Both the position numbers and the translations under genes were made by a program. From a virus (Duplodnaviria > Caudoviricetes), in the IMG/VR virus record IMGVR_UViG_3300048591_000469, positions 1 through 55,601 of that record: a stretch of DNA of 55,601 bases, one strand, 5' to 3'. Below the pieces are notes generated by a model. The model had not been told where the DNA came from. It did not search any database and saw nothing but the letters and a program-made list of their open reading frames with translations. Below, in pieces: positions 1 to 9,941 of this stretch (the first letter of the stretch is position 1; the number at the start of each line of letters is the position of its first letter).

Positions 1-127
1 CACTTTTTCAACCGTAGGAGACAAAGCAATGAATCCCGAAGAGCTTCAACGCATGATCGCCGACGGCGTCGCTGCTGCGCTAAACCAACAGCGTGAGCAG
101 GATGCCGCCGCCGCCGCCGCCCAAGCC
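1..127. repeat. Direct terminal repeat, left copy (identical to 55475-55601)
   Basis: Sequence 1-127 recurs exactly at 55475-55601. The 127-nt length matches a common assembler k-mer, indicating a circular contig. Confidence 0.95.
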
Positions 128-1474
128 GCCTTTGACGCCGCCGTCAAGACCGAAGTCGACAAGCGCCTTGCGGGCAACCCCGCTGATCGCCGCTTGCCCT
201 CCTTCGAAGCGCCGAACGTCGCCCAATTCGGCAACATCTGGAAATACGACAACCTCGACGAAACGGACCTCGCCATCGCCATCGGCGTCCTCAAAGCCGC
301 CCGGTTGACCAACCGCTCGGAAGGTCCGAGCGAGAACTTGTTGCGGGCATTGGCCGTTCGCTTGGCCGACATGCCCGACCCGGACGGGCAATACATCGCC
401 TCGAAGATGGCGATGAAAGCCGCCGGGATGCCCGTCAAAGCCAACGAATTGAACCAGTCGACCCTCGCCTCTTACGGCGACGAATGGGTCGGCGTCACCT
501 ATTCGACGCAGATCTGGGACAAGATTCGCTTCGAAGCGCCGATTGTATCGAAGCTCCCGACCGTCGTCATCCCGCAGGGCAGCGAGTCGATTATCATTCC
601 GCTGAACTCGGCGTCCCCGACCTTCTACAAGGTCGCTCAAGCGTCGGCGATGGGGTCGAACCCGGGTCAATTGACGAACGTCGTCACCACCTCGAAGATG
701 TCGACCGACAAGGTCACGTTGACCGCCGGGAAGATGGGCGCGGCGGTCGCCTACACCGGCGAACTCGAAGAGGATTCGCTCTTGCCCTGGGCAAGCGAAC
801 TGCGCCGGGACTTGACCGCCGAAGCCGCTGAGGTCCTCGAACATTTGGTCATCGACGGCGACGTCGCCCCGGGCGCAACGACCAACATCAACCATATCGG
901 CGGCACACCGGGCGCGACCGACGTCTATACGCTGTTCGACGGCTTCCGCAAGCTGGCCCTTGTGACCAACACCGCCAACTCCCGCGACGGCGGCGTCCTG
1001 GACGTCTCCGACTTCCTGGAAACCGTCAAGCTCATGGGCGTTTCGGGCATCAACGCCATCGACCGCAGCAAGGTCAGCCTCCTGATCGACGTCAATACGC
1101 ATTGGTGGACTCTCGAACTGCCCGAAGTGTTGACGAAGGACGTCTTTGCGATGCCTACCATCGAAAGCGGGGCGCTCAAGTCTATCTGGGGCTACGAGGT
1201 CATCCCGACCGCCAACATGCATCGCGCCAGTGCGGTCCGCTTCGCCAATACGGCGGGCAAGGTCGACCAGACCACACCCGGCAATAACACAAAGGGCAGC
1301 ATCGTGGCGGTTCGTTGGGACCGCTGGCGCTTGGGCTACAAGCGCCGTGTAACCTTTGAGGTTGAACGGTCGGCGATGGCGGACGCCTCGACCATTGTCC
1401 TCATGATGCGCTGTGGCTTGCTGGCCCGCGACAACGAAGCCTCGGCGGTCAGCTACAACATCTCGAAGGTCTAG
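29..1474 (+). CDS. Major capsid protein (HK97 fold); also the C-terminal part of a protease-capsid ORF starting at 54879
   Basis: 481 aa with an Ala-rich scaffold-like N-terminus followed by capsid-like motifs (GKMGAAVAYTGELEEDS; EHLVIDGD; FDGFRKLA; IWGYEVI). GTAGGAG Shine-Dalgarno (SD) before ATG 29; lies ahead of the neck genes. Confidence 0.9.
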   Translation: MNPEELQRMIADGVAAALNQQREQDAAAAAAQAAFDAAVKTEVDKRLAGNPADRRLPSFEAPNVAQFGNIWKYDNLDETDLAIAIGVLKAARLTNRSEGPSENLLRALAVRLADMPDPDGQYIASKMAMKAAGMPVKANELNQSTLASYGDEWVGVTYSTQIWDKIRFEAPIVSKLPTVVIPQGSESIIIPLNSASPTFYKVAQASAMGSNPGQLTNVVTTSKMSTDKVTLTAGKMGAAVAYTGELEEDSLLPWASELRRDLTAEAAEVLEHLVIDGDVAPGATTNINHIGGTPGATDVYTLFDGFRKLALVTNTANSRDGGVLDVSDFLETVKLMGVSGINAIDRSKVSLLIDVNTHWWTLELPEVLTKDVFAMPTIESGALKSIWGYEVIPTANMHRASAVRFANTAGKVDQTTPGNNTKGSIVAVRWDRWRLGYKRRVTFEVERSAMADASTIVLMMRCGLLARDNEASAVSYNISKV

Positions 1475-1496
1475 TCCAGGTCAAACCGTGAACCGA

Positions 1497-1532
1497 CCCG
1501 CCCCGCCGTTTAAGCATCGACGGCGGGGCGGG
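1497..1532 (+). terminator. Strong hairpin after the capsid gene
   Basis: CCCGCCCCGCCGT-loop-ACGGCGGGGCGGG, a 13-bp perfect stem with no clear U-tract. Confidence 0.55.
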
Positions 1533-1553
1533 CTACGCCACAGGGGAACATAT

Positions 1554-1901
1554 ATGCGAATTCGCTTCCTGCAAGACTACCGGGGACACCTGACCGGCGA
1601 AATGTTTTTCAACCGAAATGACGAGGTCGACGACACGACCCTGCCGACCGCCGCCGCGCTGGTCGCCGAGGGACGGGCGGAAGACATCACGCCGGAAAGC
1701 CCCGCACAAGGCGACGACGGCGAAGGGTCCGACCCGCCCGCTGACCCGCCCGCCCAGAATGGCGCTGACGGGCAAGGGACGCCCACAGCGACGCCCGAGA
1801 CGCCCGAGGCGGGTTCCACTACCAGCGACGCCCTGCCGTCGCCCGCTGCCCCTGAGACGGACCTTTCCGGCGAAGTGCAAGTCAAGCGGTCCCGCAAGTA
1901 A
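1554..1901 (+). CDS. Small head-associated hypothetical protein
   Basis: MRIRFLQDY...AAALVAEGRAE followed by an acidic/Pro tail, typical of small genes after capsid genes. Start reassigned to ATG 1554 after GGGGA. Confidence 0.7.
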   Translation: MRIRFLQDYRGHLTGEMFFNRNDEVDDTTLPTAAALVAEGRAEDITPESPAQGDDGEGSDPPADPPAQNGADGQGTPTATPETPEAGSTTSDALPSPAAPETDLSGEVQVKRSRK

Positions 1902-1904
1902 AAC

Positions 1905-1929
1905 GCCCCGAGCAAGTCGGGCTTTGTTC
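1905..1929 (+). terminator. Intrinsic terminator-like hairpin
   Basis: GCCCCGA-GCAAG-TCGGGGC followed by TTTGTT. Confidence 0.55.
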
Positions 1930-1946
1930 TAGGGAGACAACGAACG

Positions 1947-2297
1947 ATGCCACTTTACAATAAAAAGAACAGCAAGAGCGTTATCCGTCAGGGGCTGGTC
2001 GCCGCCGCCGCCAATGGGGCGGTCCCGATCATGGCGGGGACCGTCCTCATCACCAAAGGCTCCATCTGCGCCCTGACCCTGGCCGCGCCGACGACCGAAG
2101 AGGACGGCACGCAACTGACCATTGTCTCGACAACGGCTTACGCCCACACCGTCACTCAAGCCAGCCCGGGGTTCAACGGGGCGGGCGGAAGCGGCGATGT
2201 GGCGACCTTTGCTGCTGCAGCGGGCGGGTCTTTGACCGTGATCGCCTACGGCGGCAAATGGTACGTCGCCAATCTCCAGGGCGTCACCCTGGCGTAA
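1947..2297 (+). CDS. Putative capsid decoration/head-fibre-like protein
   Basis: 116 aa, rich in Ala/Gly/Thr and likely beta-strand; located between capsid and adaptor; AGGGAG SD. Confidence 0.55.
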   Translation: MPLYNKKNSKSVIRQGLVAAAANGAVPIMAGTVLITKGSICALTLAAPTTEEDGTQLTIVSTTAYAHTVTQASPGFNGAGGSGDVATFAAAAGGSLTVIAYGGKWYVANLQGVTLA

Positions 2298-2310
2298 GGA
2301 ACCGCCGATC

Positions 2311-2913
2311 ATGGCTTACTGCACCGCCGCCCAAATTGCCGCATATTTAGGAATGGAAGCCCTGACGCCCGGGTCGGCGCTTGAAACGGCGTTGACGGGC
2401 TACGCCGCAGCGGCGCAGGGAGTCATCGAGCAATACACCGGGCGCACCTTCGAAGCCGCGACGGCAACCCGCTATTTTCAACCGGACCAGGTCATCTTCG
2501 CCGGGTCGATCCATCTGGAGACTGACCTGGCCGAACTGACCAGCATTACGGGCGGGGACGGCGTCGTCGTCGCCGCCATAAACTTCGTGGGCGAACCGTT
2601 CCACCACAGAAAGCCCTGGCGCACGTTGCGCTGGACCCACGACGCCGGATGGGGTCAGCGTCAAATCGACCTCTATCGGCAGTCACTTGCCCTCAATAGC
2701 ATGCTCCAGATCGCCGGGAAGTGGGGTTATTCGCTCACGCCGCCCGCCGACGTCTTTCAAGCGTGCCAACGGCTGGCAAGTTACTTCTATCGGCAGCGCG
2801 ACACCGGCGGCGACCTCGACTCGCCCCGGGTCGTCGACGGCGTCACGTTGATGCCGTCGGTTATCCCGTCCGACGTGAACCGCATCCTGCGCGCGTACGT
2901 GAGCCGGTTATAG
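2311..2913 (+). CDS. Head-tail adaptor (connector) protein
   Basis: MAYCT start, IEQYTGRTF and GKWGY...PPADVFQACQRLA pattern characteristic of adaptor proteins; synteny. Confidence 0.8.
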   Translation: MAYCTAAQIAAYLGMEALTPGSALETALTGYAAAAQGVIEQYTGRTFEAATATRYFQPDQVIFAGSIHLETDLAELTSITGGDGVVVAAINFVGEPFHHRKPWRTLRWTHDAGWGQRQIDLYRQSLALNSMLQIAGKWGYSLTPPADVFQACQRLASYFYRQRDTGGDLDSPRVVDGVTLMPSVIPSDVNRILRAYVSRL

Positions 2914-2915
2914 CC

Positions 2916-3326
2916 ATGTGGACTACCCTGGGCGAACTCATGCAAGACCTGGCGGACCTGCAGGTCGACGGCGTCAACCGCAGTCTGCCGCACCCGCCCG
3001 AGCAAATCAACACCGACGAACTGCCGATGCTCTACGTGCGCCTTCCGCAAAACGACACGGCGCAAATGCTCTCGTTCCAGGGCAACTTCGGCATCCGGTC
3101 GGTGACGCTGGACCTGGTCATCCTGGTGACGCCCCTCAACCTGGGAAGCGCCGCCAAGACAACGCTGGCGGTCGCAGGGCTACTCGACGCCCTACACAAC
3201 GCCTTCGTCGGGGAGGTCGACGCCCTCGGGCTGATCAGCTACCAGATGCGGGTCGTCGAAGCCGACTCGGGCGGTTCGACCCTGTATTGGGGAATCATCT
3301 GCACCGTGACCTGTTCCGCAAGTTAG
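2916..3326 (+). CDS. Putative tail terminator/completion protein
   Basis: 136 aa from ATG 2916, with PEQINTDELPMLYV; lies between the adaptor and tube genes. Confidence 0.6.
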   Translation: MWTTLGELMQDLADLQVDGVNRSLPHPPEQINTDELPMLYVRLPQNDTAQMLSFQGNFGIRSVTLDLVILVTPLNLGSAAKTTLAVAGLLDALHNAFVGEVDALGLISYQMRVVEADSGGSTLYWGIICTVTCSAS

Positions 3327-3353
3327 GGATTTTCAAGCGAAAGAAGAAGCGCC

Positions 3354-4082
3354 ATGCCGGTTAAGTCCTACGCCGTCCGCCTACTGATCGACGAATTCGA
3401 CTTCAGCACCGATAGCAATTCCCTGGGCATGTCCTTCGCCGCCGAGGAATTGCCCGCGTCCTCGTTCCAGGTCCCGGCCAAGCAGTCGATTCCGACGGCG
3501 GGGCAGAATAGCCTGAATCACGGCGGTTACTATACGGGCGGGACGGCGGGCAACATGGCGGAGGAACTCCGCACCCGCCTCGCCTCGGGCATCGCCGCAT
3601 GGGTCATCGTCCTCTTTGGCACGGTGACGATCCCGTCGGTCGCCTACGTTCGCAAGGGCGCTTGGATGGGGCAACTCACGATGGAAGCGCCCATTCGGGA
3701 ACTCCTGACCGTGCAAGGGTCCTGGCTATCCATCCCGACTTGGCGCGGGCTTGCCATCGTCGATCACGACCTCGAGGAGAATCACGCCGGGGCATTCGTC
3801 GACTTCAAAGCCAGCGGTCCCGACGGCGGCAAGATTGTCATTCAAACATCTGTTCTGAGCGGCGGGAACGTGACCGTTACCGTGAAGTCATCCGCCGCAT
3901 CGAACGGGTCCGGGGCGGTCCCGCTTGACCCGATCATCATCGACGAAATCGGCGTCGTGGAGGTCGACATCGACGAAGCGGTCGCCCGCTACATCGCCGC
4001 CGACGTCACCTTCGAACCCGGCGCAACCGCCGCTCGCATTTCGGTCATCGTCGTCGTTGACGGCGTCACTAGTACGTTATAG
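3354..4082 (+). CDS. Tail structural protein (tube-like N-terminal half)
   Basis: N-terminus resembles the adjacent tube protein pattern (..DFS..SL....E...SSF.......GGYY); synteny. Confidence 0.5.
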   Translation: MPVKSYAVRLLIDEFDFSTDSNSLGMSFAAEELPASSFQVPAKQSIPTAGQNSLNHGGYYTGGTAGNMAEELRTRLASGIAAWVIVLFGTVTIPSVAYVRKGAWMGQLTMEAPIRELLTVQGSWLSIPTWRGLAIVDHDLEENHAGAFVDFKASGPDGGKIVIQTSVLSGGNVTVTVKSSAASNGSGAVPLDPIIIDEIGVVEVDIDEAVARYIAADVTFEPGATAARISVIVVVDGVTSTL

Positions 4083-4091
4083 GAGGGCTTC

Positions 4092-4511
4092 ATGCCACAT
4101 AAGACACTGCAAAATGTCGGGGTTACGTACAACGCTCTGAACCTGATCCCGTATTTGAACCAGGCGTCCCTGCAGGCGACCGTGCAAGCGGTCGACACCA
4201 CGAACCTGGGTTCAACCGGGCAAGAGCAGTCGCCGGGAGCGCCTTCGTTCTCGGTCCCGGTCGGCGGTTATTGGGCGAAGGAACTCGACGACGTCCTCGG
4301 CCCGGACGCCATCAGCCCGCCCACGACCCAACGGACCCTGGTCGTCTCGTTCGGCCCGTCGGGCAGCAAGGTTATTTTCACTTGGACCGGCGGAACTTAT
4401 ACCGGGGCGTTCATCTCGGACTACCAAATTCAAGCGTCGGACCCGCTCGGTCAATTGACCTGGTCGGGAACCCTCACCTGCTCGGGCGCACCCGCCCGCA
4501 CAACGGGCTAG
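4092..4511 (+). CDS. Major tail tube protein
   Basis: 139 aa with AVDTTNLGS and C-terminal LTWSGTLTCSG; strong AGGAGG SD; directly upstream of the chaperone and tape measure genes. Confidence 0.7.
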   Translation: MPHKTLQNVGVTYNALNLIPYLNQASLQATVQAVDTTNLGSTGQEQSPGAPSFSVPVGGYWAKELDDVLGPDAISPPTTQRTLVVSFGPSGSKVIFTWTGGTYTGAFISDYQIQASDPLGQLTWSGTLTCSGAPARTTG

Positions 4512-4524
4512 ACACGGACCTTTT

Positions 4525-4914
4525 ATGGCGATCATGCGACACGAATGCCCCGTCGAGGGGCATGCCGACAACTTCGTAGAAATCTCGGATTCCTGGTCCC
4601 GGCGTGACTTCCGCACGTTCTGGGAAAGCAATGACCCGGTTCAACTCGTCGACCTTTATCAACGCAAGACCGCCGCATGCAACCTGACGCCGGTCGACCC
4701 GGGCGTTCCACCCATCACCAAAGGGGCGCAGATCGTCGAGGAAACGCTCGACACCCTCGACATGCGGGTCTTTATGTGGTTTCAAGCCGCATTCCTGGTC
4801 GCGGCGAACGAGGTCCAGAACCTGGGAAAAGCCGAACAGCGGCGCTTGTACTCGCCCTCCGCAACGAAGGCGGACGAGGAAAGCACGATGACGCCTACAT
4901 CGATGCCATCCTGA
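4525..4914 (+). CDS. Tail assembly chaperone (gpG-like)
   Basis: Lies between tube and tape measure; contains slippery G GGA AAA at 4824-4830. Confidence 0.75.
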   Translation: MAIMRHECPVEGHADNFVEISDSWSRRDFRTFWESNDPVQLVDLYQRKTAACNLTPVDPGVPPITKGAQIVEETLDTLDMRVFMWFQAAFLVAANEVQNLGKAEQRRLYSPSATKADEESTMTPTSMPS

Positions 4915-5138
4915 TGCGCTTGTTCCCCGGGCGAACCCCGGAGGAACTCGACGACATCGACATGGCTCGGTTGTCCCGGGCGTTAGACGCACGGCGAATC
5001 GAAGGGCTGGAGAATAAGCGCCGCCTCTGGCTCGACAAGGAAATCAAGACGATTGACCCGGACGATTGGCTGGCGATTCAAGAATACGAAGGCTGGTTAG
5101 ATGGCGAACGAAACCGAACGGATGCAGTTGATCATTGA
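4824..5138 (+). CDS. -1 frameshift extension of the tail chaperone (gpGT-like)
   Basis: GGGAAAA heptamer in the correct phase (CTG GGA AAA). The -1 frame stays open to 5138 (LFPGRTPEELDDIDMARL). Confidence 0.75.
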   Translation, partial: GKSRTAALVLALRNEGGRGKHDDAYIDAILMRLFPGRTPEELDDIDMARLSRALDARRIEGLENKRRLWLDKEIKTIDPDDWLAIQEYEGWLDGERNRTDAVDH

Positions 5139-7293
5139 CGCCCGCAATCAGGCTCGAGGACCCGTCGAGCAGGTGCGGGCGTCGTTGCGCGGGTTGCGCG
5201 ACGACGCCAATCAGACGTCCGACACCCTCTCCAAAGTGTTGACCGGCGGCTTGGTCGGCGGGTTGACGCTGATCGGCATCGGCCAAATCGCACAGTTGGG
5301 CGGGGCGCTCGTACAGTTTGGCGAGAAGGCGGACAGCGCCCGGATTGTCAAACAAGTGTTTCAGGACATGGCGTCCAGCATCGGCGAGTCGGGCGACTCG
5401 TTGCTGAAGAAGCTGCAGGAAGTAAGCCAGGGGACGATCTCGAACCAGGGTCTATTGGCAAGCGCCAGCCGAGCGTTCATCCTGGGCGTCGCCAAAGACG
5501 GCGACGAACTGGCGAAGATTCTCGAGGTCGCTGTGGCACGCGGCCAATCCCTCGGGGTGAGCGCCGAACAAGCGTTCAGTGACATCGTCCTCGGTATCGG
5601 GCGCATGTCGCCGGAAATTCTCGACAACCTGGGCATCGTGACCGACGGGCAAGCGACCTTCAAGGCCTACGCCGAAGCCATCGGCAAGACGACCGAGGAA
5701 CTGACCGAAGCCGAGAAGAAACAAGCCCTCATCAACAAGGTCATCAACGAAGGGGCGAGTGCGACGACGTTCTCGGCGTCAGCGTGGGAACAATTGACCG
5801 CCGCAATGGCGAACGCGTCCGACGTCCTGGCGGCGAAGGCGGGTCCAAGCCTGACCAAGTACGCCCAACAAGCCGCCGACATTATCAACCAAGCCATCGC
5901 CGCCCAGGAGGAATACGACCGTTCTCTGGCGGACGCTGACCTGTGGCAACGGGGCGCACAAATCACCTTCGAGACGGGTCAACTCGACCTATTGCGGGAA
6001 GCGTCGAAGGCGCTGCAGGTCGGGACGCCCGAATGGTTGCGGATGGAACGGGCGATCATCGACACGACCGACCGCATCGTCGCCTTCGGTGAGGAATACA
6101 ACGCCGCCGCCCAAATCACCGGCGCACCCATGATCGACCTGGACCATTTGCGCCAGGGCGTTGTCGGGTTCTACGAGGCGGGCGACGCCATGACGGAGGT
6201 CGGCAGCGATGCCGCCGCCGCCGCCGCCGAGGTCGAAACGCTGGTCAAAGAAATCCTCAAGGTCGACGCGTCCAAAAAGAGCATCAGCGACGTGGTCCAG
6301 GGTCGGCTCTTCGACCTGTCCCTCAAGCGGGCGGGCGGTGACTACGTCAAAGCCATCGGGTCGAACGAGCAGCAGTCGATGGACATCATCCGCCAAGCCA
6401 ACCTTTTGATGTTGCAGGGCGGCAAGGACCTGGAATACCGGGACCAAGTCATCATCCCGTCGTTGATCAACAAAGAGCAGGATTATCAACGTTCCATCGA
6501 AAAGACGTCAACGGCGGTTACAAAGGTCAACGAGGAATACCGCAAGCTCGAAAGCTCTGTCTCGTCGGTCCTAAGCAACGCCCTCGACCCGGGCGTCGGC
6601 GTCGACCCCGACAAGCTACTCGAGGAAAAATTCGCCTTCCGGGAAAGCGCCATCAACGAGAACGCCCGCCGCTTGGCGGATCTGGCGGTCAACGGCTTCA
6701 AGGACCAGGGCTGGCTCGACGAATTCAAAGCCCAAGCGCCGAACATCTGGGAAGCCCTACGCTTGGCCCAGAACCCGCAGGAAGAAGCGGCGTTTATGTT
6801 GCGTGAATTCCAGGACGGGCTACGCCCCGAGCTAATTGACAAGGACCGGGCGAAAGACCTGGTGCGGCGCATGCTTTTGGGCGATCAGAACATGGCGGAA
6901 CTCGCCAAAGAAATCGCCCTCGAACTCGCCGGGGAGATGGGCATTTCCGTCGACGAAGCCCTCGGCGTCGCCAAGAGCGCCCTGGGCGTCAAGGGCGGCG
7001 GCGGGCTAGACATCGCCGGGGCGGACGCCGGGACCGCCATTATTGGCGGGGCGGAAGCCGAAGCCCTGGCGTCGGGCGACAAAATTGCGGGCGGGCTGAT
7101 CGAAGCCCTGAGTAAAACATTTGAGCGACTCACCCAAGCGGGGCGGGACGCCGGAAACGCCTGGGGTGACGGGTTCCTGGAGAAGGTCGGCGAAGGGGTT
7201 CCTGCCGCCCTGATTACCATTCTCACCAACCTGATCACACCTGGCGTCGAAGCGAAACTCGCCGCAGCGTCGACGTTGACGGGAGCAGAATAA
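5101..7293 (+). CDS. Tape measure protein
   Basis: 730 aa, Ala-rich and helical; GIGRMSPEILDNLGI motif; follows the chaperones. Confidence 0.9.
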   Translation: MANETERMQLIIDARNQARGPVEQVRASLRGLRDDANQTSDTLSKVLTGGLVGGLTLIGIGQIAQLGGALVQFGEKADSARIVKQVFQDMASSIGESGDSLLKKLQEVSQGTISNQGLLASASRAFILGVAKDGDELAKILEVAVARGQSLGVSAEQAFSDIVLGIGRMSPEILDNLGIVTDGQATFKAYAEAIGKTTEELTEAEKKQALINKVINEGASATTFSASAWEQLTAAMANASDVLAAKAGPSLTKYAQQAADIINQAIAAQEEYDRSLADADLWQRGAQITFETGQLDLLREASKALQVGTPEWLRMERAIIDTTDRIVAFGEEYNAAAQITGAPMIDLDHLRQGVVGFYEAGDAMTEVGSDAAAAAAEVETLVKEILKVDASKKSISDVVQGRLFDLSLKRAGGDYVKAIGSNEQQSMDIIRQANLLMLQGGKDLEYRDQVIIPSLINKEQDYQRSIEKTSTAVTKVNEEYRKLESSVSSVLSNALDPGVGVDPDKLLEEKFAFRESAINENARRLADLAVNGFKDQGWLDEFKAQAPNIWEALRLAQNPQEEAAFMLREFQDGLRPELIDKDRAKDLVRRMLLGDQNMAELAKEIALELAGEMGISVDEALGVAKSALGVKGGGGLDIAGADAGTAIIGGAEAEALASGDKIAGGLIEALSKTFERLTQAGRDAGNAWGDGFLEKVGEGVPAALITILTNLITPGVEAKLAAASTLTGAE

Positions 7294-7652
7294 TGGCCCT
7301 TGTTGCACCGACCCTGAATGGCGTCACCCTGCCGCACGTCTCCCGTTTCGACTACGTTCGCCTCAAGCGGGGCGGGCGCTTGACCCTCGCCAGTGGCAAG
7401 GTCGCAACGTCCTTGATCACCGGGTCAAAGCACGTCTTCACATTGTCATGGTTGGCGCTCACCGAAGCCAACATGACGACCATCGAGGGCGCAGTCGACG
7501 CCGCCGAAGGGGCTGACGTGACCTTTCGGTCGCCGCGTGATTTGACCTATACGGTCCGGGCGGCGGCGGACAGCGACGGGCTGCAAGTGCAAGCGGTCCG
7601 GGCGGCGGGCGGGCTACGGTTCAACGTGACGATTGTCCTGCGGGAGCAGTGA
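7293..7652 (+). CDS. Putative distal tail protein
   Basis: 119 aa directly after the tape measure with TAATG coupling; FTLSWLALT pattern. Confidence 0.6.
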   Translation: MALVAPTLNGVTLPHVSRFDYVRLKRGGRLTLASGKVATSLITGSKHVFTLSWLALTEANMTTIEGAVDAAEGADVTFRSPRDLTYTVRAAADSDGLQVQAVRAAGGLRFNVTIVLREQ

Positions 7653-7655
7653 CCT

Positions 7656-9131
7656 ATGCCTCTTGTGAACTGGCGCTTGTTGATTGATTGGACTGTCACC
7701 GGCGACTACGTCGACGAATCGGCGCGCCTCGTTTCGGCCAATGGCAGCGTGCGTTATGGCGCTCCCGGCAGCGGCTTCATCACGCCTCGGAATACGGTCG
7801 ACCAGATGACGTTGACCCTTCGCAACACCGACCAATACTTCAGCCCGTTCAACGTCAGCGGTCCCATGTACGCCGGTCAAGCCTACCATGCGCCGGTGGA
7901 ACTCGACATCCAACTCGACGGCGGGTCCTTTGTACGGGTCTTTACGGGCGTTCTGAAGACACCCCAATACACGGTCGCCAACGAATCCGCACCCGGCACG
8001 GTCGCCTTAGAAGTCCGCAGCAGGGACGAACTCCTGCTCAACAAACGGGTATCGACGGGCATCGGGCTATTCCGCAACCTCAACGACGACCTGGCGTCCG
8101 AACGGGAAATCATCGAAGAATTCCTGATCGACAGCGGCATGCTGGCGGGAACCGACTGGACCAGCGACACCCTGGACCCGGGGCTTTTTGTCATTCCCTG
8201 GGCTTGGATGGATGACGAAAGCCCGGTCGAGGAGGCTTGGCAGCTTGCGGCGGCATGCGGCGGGCAATTCTACTGCGACGTCGACGGTCTATTCACCTAC
8301 GAGAATTTGACCCACTGGTTGCGCCAAGACCTGGTGACGCCGGTCGAAACGCTGACGCCCGACACCTACGCCGCCCTGGCGTCCCAATACAACGACCGGG
8401 ACCTCTACGCCGAGGTCATCGTCGAAACCAGCCCGCGCAGCCTGGGACCCATCACCGATCTATGGTCCCTCGAAGCGCCGCTGACCATTGGGTCGGGCGA
8501 AACCCGCACGGTGACAGCCCGCTTCCGCCAACCCTCGCCGGTCGTGACCGGCTTCGAGGTCGGCGCAGCGACGTCGGGCGGCGTCAACATGTCCAGCGTC
8601 CTATTGGTCAACCCGACCTATTACGCGCAGCGCGCCGAATTCGAGATCACGAACCCTGACCCTGCCTACGCCGTCGACCTGCTGACCCTGATCGTCAACG
8701 GCATCGCCCTCATCGGACGCCCCTCCCAAGAGCGGCGAGCAACGTCGACGGACCCCTTCTGGGGCAAGGGCAACTTGCGCCCGGGGCGGACGAAACTCGT
8801 CCGGGGCAACCCCTACCTGCAGACGGATTTTCAAGCGGGCGTCACGGCGACCTTCCTGCTCGACCGGCTCCAACTCCCGGCGCTACATCATCGCTGTTCG
8901 GGGCTTTCCGGCGTCCCGACCCGACGCCTGGGGCAACATGTCGCCGTCAACGATAGCCAATTCACCGGCGGCGCACGGTCGGCGCTCATCACCGCCATCA
9001 CCTTCCGCTTAGACAAGGCGGGCTTTTGGCAGGACCTAGAACTGATCGACATCGAGGACTGGCCCCAAACCAATTACTTTAAACTCGGGTCCCACAACCT
9101 CGACACGGCGGGCTACAAATTGTTTTATTAG
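7656..9131 (+). CDS. Putative baseplate hub/tail tip protein
   Basis: 491 aa; LTLRNTDQYFSP and GGQFYCDVDGLFTY motifs; synteny. Confidence 0.65.
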   Translation: MPLVNWRLLIDWTVTGDYVDESARLVSANGSVRYGAPGSGFITPRNTVDQMTLTLRNTDQYFSPFNVSGPMYAGQAYHAPVELDIQLDGGSFVRVFTGVLKTPQYTVANESAPGTVALEVRSRDELLLNKRVSTGIGLFRNLNDDLASEREIIEEFLIDSGMLAGTDWTSDTLDPGLFVIPWAWMDDESPVEEAWQLAAACGGQFYCDVDGLFTYENLTHWLRQDLVTPVETLTPDTYAALASQYNDRDLYAEVIVETSPRSLGPITDLWSLEAPLTIGSGETRTVTARFRQPSPVVTGFEVGAATSGGVNMSSVLLVNPTYYAQRAEFEITNPDPAYAVDLLTLIVNGIALIGRPSQERRATSTDPFWGKGNLRPGRTKLVRGNPYLQTDFQAGVTATFLLDRLQLPALHHRCSGLSGVPTRRLGQHVAVNDSQFTGGARSALITAITFRLDKAGFWQDLELIDIEDWPQTNYFKLGSHNLDTAGYKLFY

Positions 9132-9149
9132 CGGGGAAGGAACGCACCA

Positions 9150-9581
9150 ATGCCATTTGAATCCATGACGACGTTAAGCGCCGGTCAAGTCTTGTCCGCC
9201 GAATGGCTAAATACCCTGGGGCGCAACAGCGAATATTTGCACGGTCTGATGAACCAGATCAACCCGCCCTTCGCCGGGGAATCCCAATCGGGCTTCACGT
9301 TCGACGCCAATGACTGGTTTATTCGTCACCGTCACCGTTACCTACACTGGCGCATCAAGGTCGAGCGTAGTGTTTCCCGTTGGCGAGTCTGGTATGACTC
9401 GACGCTGCTGGTCGACATTGACCCACCCTGGACGGCGGGAACCCATTCGGGCTACATCGACCTCAACTCTTTTTCATTCACTGAGAACCAGTGGTATCGG
9501 TTGCGGGTCGCCATCGACCTCGCCAGCGACGACACGACCGAACTGCGCGTAGAATACCTGTTCGAATCCGAGAAGGTCTAA
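9150..9581 (+). CDS. Minor tail protein
   Basis: N-terminal GQVLSAEWLN motif typical of tail/fibre anchors. Confidence 0.55.
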   Translation: MPFESMTTLSAGQVLSAEWLNTLGRNSEYLHGLMNQINPPFAGESQSGFTFDANDWFIRHRHRYLHWRIKVERSVSRWRVWYDSTLLVDIDPPWTAGTHSGYIDLNSFSFTENQWYRLRVAIDLASDDTTELRVEYLFESEKV

Positions 9582-9941
9582 ATGGCGTATACCGTCCCGC
9601 ATCGCTTCGCCCACCTTGAAGCGCCAAGCGCCGCCAACCTAAATGCCCTCAAGGCGAACCTCGAAGCCATCGACACGAGCATCGAGGATCGTGGGCGCAA
9701 CTATGCCGTCGGCGTGAACCGCACGACGACGCATGGCTTCTTCTTCGTTCACATTCACCGTTGGCTGCACATCTCCGGGTCCTACGAGATTCTGGACCCG
9801 TCGGGCGTCGGCGAGAACATCACCGGCGGCGTCGACGGGGAGCTTGCTGTGGTCGACCTGGACGGCATCGAATGGATGTCGCCGGGTAAAATCTACGCCG
9901 TCAAGGACGCCCTCTTCGCCGCCGAGGATTACGATGCCTAA
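9582..9941 (+). CDS. Minor tail protein
   Basis: N-terminal PSAANLN motif; shares the F..H.HR.LH motif with the upstream ORF. Confidence 0.55.
   Translation: MAYTVPHRFAHLEAPSAANLNALKANLEAIDTSIEDRGRNYAVGVNRTTTHGFFFVHIHRWLHISGSYEILDPSGVGENITGGVDGELAVVDLDGIEWMSPGKIYAVKDALFAAEDYDA

Noticed and set aside
9733-9933. Upstream extensions of ORF-track calls (also 1413, 2721, 30093, 37716, 38778, 44169, 54204)
   Set aside because: They overlap upstream genes; downstream ATGs with SDs or stop-start coupling are better starts.
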